Both the position numbers and the translations under genes were made by a program. From Neoechinorhynchus agilis (taxonomy: Eukaryota > Animalia > Acanthocephala): 48,733 nt of DNA. This document shows positions 12,906 through 23,584 of the stretch, one piece after another. The DNA is taken from NCBI GenBank assembly GCA_051530055.1, contig JBMGUZ010000016.1:1-48733 (forward strand), in the 5' to 3' direction. The notes below the pieces were generated by a model, which did no database searches, was not told the origin of the DNA, and was given only the letters and a program-made list of their open reading frames with translations. Each line of letters opens with the position of its first letter. The first letter of the stretch is position 1.

Positions 12906-15900
12906 TTATTGTTTTATCTAGAATCTCATATGCAAGACATCGCGTACGACAAACGGAGGATTCTAACTAAAATTCGAAGATTGATACAGGGGTATTCCAT
13001 GAATATATTGTAATTTAAAGAATAAATATTTTGACTTCGGGAAAATATATTTTATGTTAAAAAATAATTTAAACAATAGTTTTTTCCACTACTAAGTACT
13101 CCACAGGATCTGTCTCAAAATGTTCGGTAGTAGCTGTTTAAGTCTCTACTTATCATTCTCAATGTAAATTCAATGTTTTTTGTCTTAATGCCATGCGTTT
13201 AGTGTCAGAATATTCGGAGTATTTTCAAAAATGCTAACATCTAAGAAAATGCCCGGTTCTCTAAGGTTTGATATTTTATAAATAAAGCACATAATTGCCA
13301 AAAAATTCGAACATAAATTTGGAGTATTTAGTGCAACGGATGGTTGTATTTTTCAAAAGCAAATCCCAAAAAGTGAGTGAAGAGTGAATTGCAACTGGTG
13401 ATGAACCCGACGGGATTTGAAATGTATTTAATAAAAAATTATCTAACGGGTGAAGATCTAAATAGAACCTCCAGGGTTTCATTTAGCTTTTTATCCGAAA
13501 ATTTTCAAGAGAAATGTAATGCGAACGTTTTCGCGAAAAACGTACACCTAAGCAAACTGCAATCGGAATCTTTTTATGCAAGAAGATATTACCGGCAGTA
13601 ATACGAAAAATGGGGAATACGGAATGATCATTTGGAAAAACATTGAGCTTACGATAGCGTTATGTTTTGAAACAAAAACCCACGTGAATGATAACAACAT
13701 GCTTTCAAGCGCAATCTAAAATTATCCACTTTTATTTATGCACTAGCAATCCTCGCGCTGAGTCCTATTCGAGAACTTCAACAAGCTTCCGTTATTTGCA
13801 ATCCGTGATATTCATGTTCGTCGTCGAATAAAAATCTTCGACCGGTTCATTGCTTACGAGGTCTAAGAATTTATTTAGAGGAAGTTAAAATAAGCGATCT
13901 TCTTAAAGAAAGGCAACTGCACAAAGTCTGACCATTAAAATTAAAAATAGTACAGTTTTATACGATTATTGAGATTGGTAACTTCATATGAATTCTGATT
14001 CGTCGTAAAGATTTAGATATAAAATTAAAGGCGAATATACTCTTCCATTTATTAAATCTTTTGAATCGTTTGATATAAATGCATACGGCAGATAAATTCT
14101 GCGACCGTCATTTAGCTTTGTAGTCATTTTACTCTAATTCTTAAAATTCAATTGAGCAAAGAATATTAAATGCTCTTTAAGACAAGCAACCAGCTTAAGC
14201 GATCTGTGATTTAGGAATCGCAACGTTAGTGAGAAATTCAAGGCAGCTTATAATAATTGGGAAAAATCGGTTTTTTTCAAATGGTCGTTTATTTAAGACC
14301 ATTCGAATTCTTGGTCTCTTTTTCTTTGTATGTCCGTAAGAAGCAAATCAAGTGATTTCAATATTTCTGCCTTCCACGAAAACCAACTTCCCAGAAATGA
14401 ATCGTAAAAAAGTAGAAGTTCTTAAAACTTAATATTTTAACGGGGTTGATAACCATGGCAATTAATAAAATGCGTAACATATCATTTAGCCGCTTTCTTT
14501 AACTAAGATTAATCAATTTCAATTAAATTTATTTATTCTTAATAAATTTGGAAAAATGTCGACCAGGACTAATCGTTTAACGTTTTTAAGGATTAACAGC
14601 TTAATATTTTTAATTGGTAGGAACCTGTAAATTTCGTCCATAGCAAAAAAAATATTGATCTGGAAAGCGCAGAATTAATCTCCGTAAATGAGATATTCCC
14701 GATTTTGAACAATTTGAACAAACGTGCAAAAGCAGTTTAAAACAAAAAAAAACAAATCAGGTCAATTATCTGCGTTTTTTTACAAAACTATAAACATTTT
14801 CACGTTCTAATTAACATGAATATCTCTTCCAATATTACGATCAATAAAAGTGTTACAAACAAAGACGTCCAAACATAACACCAATAAATTTAACTCGATG
14901 ATATTAACAATGATAAGCATTAATTATTTTTATTGTTTACCTCGTCTTTAAAGGCTGAAAGCATTGTCGCATCAGAACATTTCTCACTAAAGGGACGGAT
15001 ATTATTGATGTTGCGACTTTATTCGCCTGTAGCTCACGGCGAAAGATTAATGTTCTAATTATTAAATTTCGCTGTGTTAATAGTGTAGAATGATGTCGAT
15101 GAAAACTAATTTGTAATTAATATTTGGACTTTGATTAAATCGTAGGTATGAATATTGGGATCGGAGTACATCAAAATTAGTCAATTCATCCACTTTCATT
15201 CCTAAAAATAATGAAATTAAGCTAATATTAAAGAAAACTTTGGATTTAGCTATCTATCTAGAGAAACCGATGCTTAATTTTTTACTCCGAATTCTTTAAA
15301 ATGAGTAAAATTGTTTGAATTAATTATCGACAAAACATAATTGCAATGCAATCGAAGTGAGTTTGAAAATTCAGTTTAGGATTTAACTTTTTGTTTTATT
15401 CTAACACTAAAAATGTTTTGACAATTATAATTGGGTTTTTAGCCCGCTAAATGCTCACAATTATCAATGTCCGTTTGGTTTGGATTTAAACAATTCTTAG
15501 TTGCAATAAACCAAAATCGCTCAAGAATGTAAATACGGCATTGTGTTTGTTTGTTTTATTCTAACCGAAAATAAAGTTTAAAATTTAAAGCGGCTTAGTA
15601 TACCTTAACGAATCTGGACTATACACATAAATTAATCTATAAAATCCAATCCTAATAATAAAAATCAGTAATAAAGTTCGTTGGCATTTTAAACCTTATA
15701 CGAAAATATCTTCTTATTAGTAGTGCTTTTCTTAAAGACAGATCCATTCAAAATCGATTTCGTGCCTTAAATAAATCTCAGATACAGGATCTTTTAGTTT
15801 AGCGAATGATTCCTGGATCCAAGGAGTTTTTAAAACACGCTGTTTAACTTCGTCCAGAGCAAAAATTTAGTTTAAGGTCTTTAGATAGGAATTCACTGTT

Positions 15901-16344
15901 GGTGATTGGTTGTGGTTCCATTCATTTGAAGAATGAAATACCTACGAACCAAAGAGAATTGCGAATTTACTGTTTGTGATTTGGCTAAAAATCAAACGTT
16001 AGATGATGTGAAGTCCTAAATTAAATGGATTACAATTGGACGGCTTAAATTTGTAGGATTTGTTCAGTGTGGATTATCGTCCACAGGAATGATGCGAGTG
16101 TTTCTTTAATTCGGAAGCGAGTTCTGTAGAACTGAACAAGGCATGGAAAAAATGTTTGTTTTAAAGTAGCTTTGTAAATATTCGATGATTTGTTCATCGA
16201 ATGCATCTTCCCTGGGCGGCTTTTTCAATTTTTTTATTATATTTAACACTTTTAGCCATTTCTTTGCTTATTATTCTTCAAAATCGTTACTAAAGAAATC
16301 AACACTTTGAATATCGACGTAACTCGATCGACGTTTCAAAAATT

Positions 16345-16630
16345 AAAAGTCCGTTTCTTTCGTTTTTTCACGTTTTCACTCAACGTCAAATCGAATGCGC
16401 ATCGTAATCCGAAAGTGGTTGCCGTTGTGCTCTTTTATGAATGATTTCGAGGAAATCGAGCATTTCGGCTTTCTCAACTTGATATGTAAATGTTTGTGGG
16501 GAAGATCTGGATTTGAATTTCTCACTTTAATTAGGAAGTTATCCACGCTTAGAATGAAATCGATACTTTAATTTTGCCATTTTGAAGATTTGCTGTAATA
16601 ATTAAAATGTTTGTATCTGGCGAAAATATT
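16345..16630. repeat. Dispersed repeat spanning the left arm/spacer boundary
   Basis: Identical to the right copy up to 16449, then partially similar, e.g. gatactttaattttgccattttgaagatttgctgtaataatt versus aatactttaatttgagcattttaaagatttgctgtaataatt. Confidence 0.8.
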
Positions 16631-17115
16631 AAAGGAATTTATTAAATTCGATATTTCGGCACAATATCGTGCCTTTTTTCAATGTCTAGGAATACGTTTA
16701 AGGGATGCTTACATTCACATTTTACTTAGATTTAGTTTAAAGTCCGTCTTATTCCCAAGTCCACTATCTCGATTTGGCCAATAAATATGGTCTGCGTTAT
16801 AACGCGATTTTGAAAAGATGATTCATAGTTTGTTGGTTGTTTTGGTTGTATTCACCTCTCGCCCAAATGGTGGCATTGTCGATATCCATGACGTGACCTT
16901 GTTGCTCAAAATGCTTAACTATCGCGGAACTGGCATCGATACCTCTCCTCAGAGCATATTTGTGTTCTTTTGTTCTCCTTTCCAAATTGTTTGTTTCGCC
17001 TACGTAAGATTTGCTGCATAGAATTCTGTACACCCTACCTTTGCTTTCAACAACACGTTTTATTTTGTTTAAGAAGGGGACCCATGTACCTCTGGGTAAT
17101 CGTGACCACTTTAGA

Positions 17116-17162
17116 GTGGATGACGGAACCGGTGTGGATGACGGATCCGGAGTGGATGACGG
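17116..17162 (+). repeat. 18-nt tandem repeat (2.6 units)
   Basis: gtggatgacggaaccggt / gtggatgacggatccgga / gtggatgacgg; a degenerate copy lies at about 17864-17900. Confidence 0.85.
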
Positions 17163-17520
17163 TCAACGACGTCGTTTCTTCACAACGGAGCTTGATGATT
17201 TAGCTTTCTTCTTTGGATGCAGCTTCTTTTATCAGATTGTTAATTGCAGTGAACAGCTCATCATAGACGAATGGTGAACCTAAGAAGGCCCTTCGTTCTG
17301 GCTCCTGGCACACTGTTTTCCCTCCATAGAAGGCCTTGCAATTAGCTCTTCTTATCACATAGGCTGGATAGCCCTTTCCTGTGAGCATATTCCTAAGAAC
17401 CTCTAACTCGTTATTGAGGGATTCCTTGTTGGAGCAATAGTTGTAGGTACAATCAAACAGCAACTTAATCTTTGCCATTTTGTACTTAATTGGTGCCTAT
17501 CTTTTTTATTATGAATTATT

Positions 17521-17677
17521 TTAGCACTTTCGGCGGTCGAATTTTATGTTTTACATCAGAGAAGTATCATTTGTTTATTTTGTCAGCTGATTTTCTCGAC
17601 CGGATGTATATATATTACTATTGATGTGCATTAGCAATTTCGGCGGTCGGAGGAACTTTGTTTTTACATCAGAGAAG
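17521..17677 (+). repeat. Diverged direct repeat, period about 110 nt
   Basis: ttagcactttcggcggtcg...ttttacatcagagaagt at 17521 and ttagcaatttcggcggtcg...ttttacatcagagaagt at 17631. Confidence 0.8.
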
Positions 17678-19147
17678 TGATGTTACCACTTTAACTCGGA
17701 TGAAACGTTAAGAGTTCGTACATCTCTCCGGATCCTCAGATACCTCCAAGAGGTGGTACTCATCAGTGATTTTCTTCCCTTCAGCGGTATTTCGTCCCAC
17801 TTAATAATAACACGTTTTATTTGTGATTCACAAAGAGGTCCCATGTACCTTTATGTCCTCATTTGACGGATCCGGAATGGATGACGTATCCGGAGTGGAT
17901 CACCGAACCGTCTACCTCTTGCTGGATCTTGATCTCTTCGCAATTGGTTCGCAGATATCACTGCTTTTTTTATAGCTTTGTATAGTACCTGCAGCAATTC
18001 TTCGGATTTTTCTGCATCCCAGAAAAATTTCTTGGTTATCTCCAATTTTATAGCTCGATCCGACCCGGGTTTATCATTTTGCTCTTTCGAGTCCCACACG
18101 TCCGAGAAACTTTTCTGGCATCTCCGGGAACAAGCGGAGCAAGATGTGTCCAAGCGAGGTTATAGAAGTAAAGTTTGGATGTACCGCTTTTCCTTTATTA
18201 AAGACGGTGACTATTAATCGGAAATTTGCGACCCCGCGTTCTTCAATAACTTGCCGGCTCCAACGACATCTAATAGACTCATTTTGACTAATCTACGAAT
18301 GTCCCCTTCTTTGATACGCTTTATTGAATCATTTAATTCAGTCCAGCTGGTTCCGGTGAGTGCTGCCTGCATGTCATCTGTCTCTTTTTCGATGAGGTTG
18401 TTTCGTACATCAAGACGAAGCTTTGCTTTTCCGTTTACAGTCATAGTGCTCATTCTTGTTAGCTACTTTGAAGTTAATTAGACGGGATTTGTTGCCAAAA
18501 TTCTAACTTTTTTGCCCACCTTTTGCTTATCTGATTGCCTCAGAGAGCTTTCAATTAAGTCAACAACTTTGTGTATCTTCGGGGGGAGATAGAGAAGCGC
18601 ACATTTAACCGATGATGATCTCGTCATGTTGTAAAATTGAGGACTGATCACAGACCGGTTCAACAAATTCCTGAGAAAACCGTTAAATTTAGTTTCTCTG
18701 CTTCCCGTAGGATCTCTAGATAGCCTCGTGAGGCTGGCTCGGCTAATGACAAGTTTGGGCGGCACTTTCCTTTCAGCATGTTCCTAAGAAACTGTTACTC
18801 ATTGTTGATGGAATCCTTGTTGAAGCAATAGTTGTAGGTACGATCAAACAGCAAATCAATCCTAGCCATTTTATACTTAATTGGTGCAATTGTGAAGAAG
18901 GGGGCAATGTCAGTCGGCATACCATTTCTGCCAGAATTTCACACCCGGTAGGCTTGAAACATACTTGGCCTCCCAATCGCGCATGAACAATTCGGCGAGA
19001 TCTGGGGCAAGAGGACTCTTCATGGACAATCTATCAACTTGATGGTAGCTCTTACCTTCGAAACTGACATTCGTGCTGCTCCTGAACATGTGTATTGCGT
19101 TGAGGTATAGGAATCGCTGAGTCCAATGGCGCTTTTGTGAATAGATA

Positions 19148-22100
19148 CTACATCAGCAGGAGAAGAGTCTGAGGATGGAACCAAAAAATCAAGACTAGTG
19201 GGTTCACGATGTAATGCTTTAAACGGGGATGTGCCACGGGCTTTAACGGAAGCCTACCGGCGAGAACTCCCTTCTCACTTGCAGACAAATCAACCTTGTT
19301 GTTGTTCTTCATCATAATTCTCCCTCGAATATCCGGAGGATCTGGTGGTACCTTTTCCTTTGGTTTCGCTTTAGCGCAATTTTTGTTCCCAACTATATTA
19401 GCGCGCATGAACGAACCTTTGTTCGCGATGTGTGACAAGTGTTCAGCTGCATTTACGGCCATGTAACTAGTAAGATAACAATTAGGGTTTTTCGTTAGTC
19501 TAGAAGTTATCGCTGGTCCTTCGTCTGCTCTATTGGACCTCGGACCACCTCGGAGGACCAAAAGACCAAATTAATCTTTTATCCTGGTAGTATTACTTTC
19601 TTGACATTAACCTTTTCCTATCTTTATCCATTAAGAAATTACTTATTGTAAAAAAGTGTGTGCATCATTGAATTCCAATCGAATTGTGCGGGAGCATTGT
19701 GCGCTGAAGTTAAAGTTAGAACGAGAGGAAATAGAATACCTGTTCATTAGATATAAAGAACTTACCTTTATTAGAAAATGAAGGGACGAATAAGATTTTT
19801 CACAAAAATAAGCGTGAGAGGAAAGATAAAAGAGGCTCATAAGATTATAATTTGATAAAAGTTTCTGAAGCTTATTAAAACATCTAAAAAAGAAGGCAAA
19901 CCTAAGTTCAGGAGGGCGACCTCTCCCTAAAAAACAGATAGAGCCTCCTTTGAGAGTTTTTAGAACGGGTAATGTAATGTTAAAATTCAAATCAAGATAT
20001 TTGGCTCTATGAAGAAAATATTTGATTTTTAGAAAGGTATTATTAATCGAAGAATTAATTAAAAATCTAAATGTCTTGGAGGGGAAGTCGATTCCTAGAA
20101 CCCTGGTAAATTTCTTAATGTTGGAGGAGTTACAATTGTGGTATTTAATTAAATTATTGATTAAAACTTTAATAGAAGAGAGCGAGTTAGTGAGGGGAAT
20201 AAAAAGGTTTTATTGGAATTGATGGCTAGATTAGCCAATTTCAACTCTGAGCTAAGGGTACTCAGAGCTGCTTGAATGTTGCATAAAAGAGAGGGACAAG
20301 ACCTGGCCTTGCAGAAGAGAAAGATATCGTCTGCATATATAAGAGGAAAAATACCCCTGGGTAGTTTCAATTTCTTAAAGATAAAAATAAGGCAGATAAG
20401 GAAAAGAGTAGGGGATAGTGGAGAGCTTTGGGGGACCCCCAAACGGGAAAGGAATTTGGTTTTTGAGGGATCCACCTCATAATAAAAGCACTTTGATTCA
20501 AGTAAGTAATTATTTTTTTATAAGATTCAGAGGAATTTTTAGCTCCTCAAGAGCTTTGTATAAAAAGGTTCTATCCAAAGCATCAAATGCTTTGTTCAGG
20601 TCAAGCTGAATAAGAATTTTTTGAACAAATTTAATATTGTTCATACAGTTAAGGGTTTCAAGTAAAGTGTTAACGCCTTTACCTTTGATAAAACCATGGA
20701 AGTAAGAAGGAATAAGCTTCGTAGTTTCCAAAAACCTGTATAAAAGTCTATTTACGACTCTTTCTATGCAAGAGATTATAGGATTCTGAATTGAAATTAC
20801 TCTAATATGAGCCGGTTTTGAAATAATATCCTTGGTTTTCCGTAAAAAGACTTTCTTCACTATATTAATATGAAGAAGATCATCAAAATCTAGTTTTGTA
20901 AATTTTAATTTTGAAAAGAATAAAAATTTAATCTCTTCGTTAATAGCAGCGAAAATTTTCGGGGAGCAGCTCATTGAGTTATTAGACACGGAACCGTGAG
21001 ATCTGCACGATTCCAATAGAAAATTAATGTCTAAGTTCCAAGAGAATAATTTTTTAATAAAAATGGGAAGAGGAGGGGCTCACGTAAGCCGAGAATGTAT
21101 GCACATTTAAAATTTCCTCAATCACCTTGGGATAAGAAATTGAACCAATCCAATTGGCAGCTTTTGATCTCCAACAAGATGGTTTTTTGTTTAAAATGGT
21201 GGACCAAAAACCTTTGCCAAAAGGTTTGAGATTCATTAGGGTTTTCTTCTCCTGTTCAATCTGAAAGAGGAATTTTTCAGTGTAAAATTTCTTCATGAAG
21301 AAATCATGAAGAGTTTTGTTATTAAAAAGATTAGCAATGATTGCTTTTTTATAAAAAATATTTGCAGTCCTACATACAGGAGGACGCTTAATGTAAGATT
21401 GAGTGATAAGATGTTTCTTTACAGAAAGTAAAATGAGGTCGTTAAAGATGCTAAAAGAAATCAAGTTCCTTTTAGAGAACAAGGAACTAAGTTCATTATT
21501 AAAATTTCGTATAGATATGCCATTTAAAATAAAATCTCTAAGTGAGAGTCCGTTAGATTGAAATAAAATCATGTCCCAGGAGATACTGGACCTGTAATTG
21601 ATGAGAGGGATAAAATAAAAGTTCTTTTTAAAAATTGCACCATCCAAAAAGGAGTGCCTGTTTGAACTAAAGTTATGAAAAGATGGAAATTTAGGTAATA
21701 AAAAGTCTTCGGATTTAAAGAACGGTCTGAGGCCTGAGAAAAAATTAGTATTGAAGTCCCCAACTATAAAGTCGGGATGGTAAAAGAGTTAACTTTCTTG
21801 GGTTGAATATAAAGATTGCATATCGTTAAAAGTAGATTAGAGGGTGAGAAGGAGCCGTATAGAGGGTTTTTAATAGACACGATGTGTATCGCAAAGATCT
21901 CGTTCTTCTGAAAGCGCAGCTTGGGGGGCATACTTATCCAGGATAAAAAGTTGAAGTCCACCGGAAAATCCTATACTAGATGAGGGATTAGTAAAACGTG
22001 GAGATAAGAGAAAGCACTTATAGTTTGGATAATGGACCAGTTTCTTGAAAAAAGAGAAGATCCGTATAAGAAGAGTTTATACAGTCAAAAAGGTGAGTGG

Positions 22101-23377
22101 GGAGTTTATATGCTCTAGAGGCATTATATGTTATAAAAGAAAAATTTGAGTCAGGGGTCCAGAGAGGCTCTGCAATTATATTAAGATCTGTTACGTTTTG
22201 GATTTGATTCGTCCAATTCTCTAGAATATGGTGAGATTTGTCTTTTCGTAGAAGAGAAATTAAGCATTTCCCTAATTTTATTAAATGATGTATTTTCCTG
22301 TAAGGATAGTCCATTTGCAAGAGAAGCAAAATCCGGATTTGTCAGTCTCTCAACAATCCACGCAAGCATGGATTTTAAGAGAATTCGTTTTCAAAGTTTA
22401 AACTCCTTTGGGATGAGGAGTGGGATACAGTAATAGAGTCAGTAGGGAAGGGTGAAATGTCCTCCAAGGTACAATGCTGCACTTTCTTACGAACAGATTG
22501 TTTAGTGTTGCCAGCACTTTGAACTGGATGAGGATTGTAAGTAGCCCAGCCCTTACTATTCTCTGTATCCATGAAGGATTGTGTGAGACTTGCACTTCCT
22601 AGCAAAGGCTGGATGTCTCTTTCCACAATTTGCGCAGAGAGGATTATCCTGTGCCTTCCAGTCCTTTTTATGGTGGGAGCCATCGCAAAAGATGCATCTC
22701 GGCGAAGACTTGCAGCCTGATTCCGTATGTCCCCATACAGAGGATTTTTGGCATATAGTCAGGTTGAAGTCGTAAATTGACTCCTGATACCTGGAGAAGG
22801 TCACCCAGTATGACATGATAGCACGACCTGAGGAAGCCAATATGTCTGCAGTCTCCATCGGGGCAGAACAAAGAAGTGCATATGCTGAAACCGAATTTGG
22901 ACTGAATAGGTATTTTATCGGTTTCACACCTAATTCCTTCTCCACCAATCGAAAACCTTCTGCATCCAGTTCTTGAGGCGGATTAAACATCCTAATGGTC
23001 ACCCTTCTTGAAAGATCAACAAACGTAATATCCACGTCCTTCAACATTTTGAAAAATAAGTCCCTCCCTTCCGCATCGAAAAAGCAGAAGATAATATGAA
23101 ACTTGGCAGCGAATAACCTCTTGATGTTGAAATGCCTAAGAGACGCTTTGCCGCCAGGGACCAAATAACGTGAAAAATAGGTTCGTGTAAGCTCAGCAGG
23201 TGATCTGGTACCCAAAGCTTCCTTTTAGATCTTCACAACAAAATCATCCTTCAAGGTTGGACGTTTAATAGTGTTCGAAACTGGGGCACAATCATTCCTA
23301 ACTTCACAATCACACGTGGGGGAAATAACCACGTCCGAAACCAGAGGAAAACTTGAACCGGAAAGCGTAGTGACCAT
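19148..23377 (-). mobile_element. Element A: decayed two-ORF APE-RT non-LTR retrotransposon of a divergent family
   Basis: ORF1 with three degenerate CCHC knuckles. ORF2 fragments carry APE motifs FITYN..FQET (about 22040-22140), TICNLY and frameshifted GDFN, then RT motifs VISIQNP, HGFIKGK, LDLNKAFD, GVPQSSPLSP and YADD, and a possible C-terminal knuckle remnant PNC...EHLSH. Confidence 0.85.
22556..23377 (-). pseudogene. Element A ORF1 (gag-like, triple zinc knuckle)
   Basis: The ATG at 23377 is in frame with track ORF 22556-23215 across one TAA (23225-23227). Knuckles: ICQKSSVWGHTESGC, CIFCDGSHHKKDW, CANCGKRHPAFARKC. Confidence 0.8.
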
Positions 23378-23491
23378 ATCTTCCAATATACTAACCTTTC
23401 GGAGAAGATATAGGCTGCTTACTTGGCTGTTTCTTTGATTTTATCAGAGCGCAAAATTTAAACAAAAAATAGCGCACGGTTTTTTGAAATT

Positions 23492-23513
23492 TCGCAACAT
23501 GTTAGTGTTGCGA
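23492..23513. promoter_or_regulatory. 8-bp perfect inverted repeat (tcgcaaca-N6-tgttgcga) midway between the divergent elements A and B
   Basis: The palindrome is seen directly; a regulatory role is inference only. Confidence 0.25.
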
Positions 23514-23584
23514 CCAATATAGAAGGTTTTTATTCACACTATGTGCGAATGGAAAAATCAATAGTGGCACATTTTAGTGAATAA

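Larger units (their letters stand above)
1..16449 (+). repeat. Left arm of giant inverted repeat (16,449 bp)
   Basis: Every ORF in 1-13601 has a mirror ORF with identical translation and coordinates summing to 48734. Window start acgtggattggttgtgg is the reverse complement of the window end. Identity read directly up to ...atgatttcg (16449), then mismatches begin. Confidence 0.97.
16797..19130 (-). mobile_element. Scrambled cluster of Penelope-like fragments (GIY-YIG, thumb, N-terminal region, RT core)
   Basis: GIY-YIG VYRILCSKSYVGETNNLERRTKEH (16797-17033); thumb YCSNKESLNNELEVLRNMLTGKGYP (17200-17478); DPT...LYLPPKIHK (18478-18765); a second diverged thumb copy at about 18770-18890; RT FEGKSYHQVDRLSMKSPLAPDLAELFM at about 18950-19100. 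Confidence 0.85.

Noticed and set aside
13000-16340. Short ORFs and AT-rich stretches upstream of the TRIM gene as further genes
   Set aside because: No motifs, frames are short, and no consistent exon chain could be built by eye.
17521-17770. Minus-strand CTGATGT...GAAA repeats and CTGATGAGTACC as hammerheads
   Set aside because: The first two have a non-canonical core and no stem I; the third lacks GAAA after stem II.
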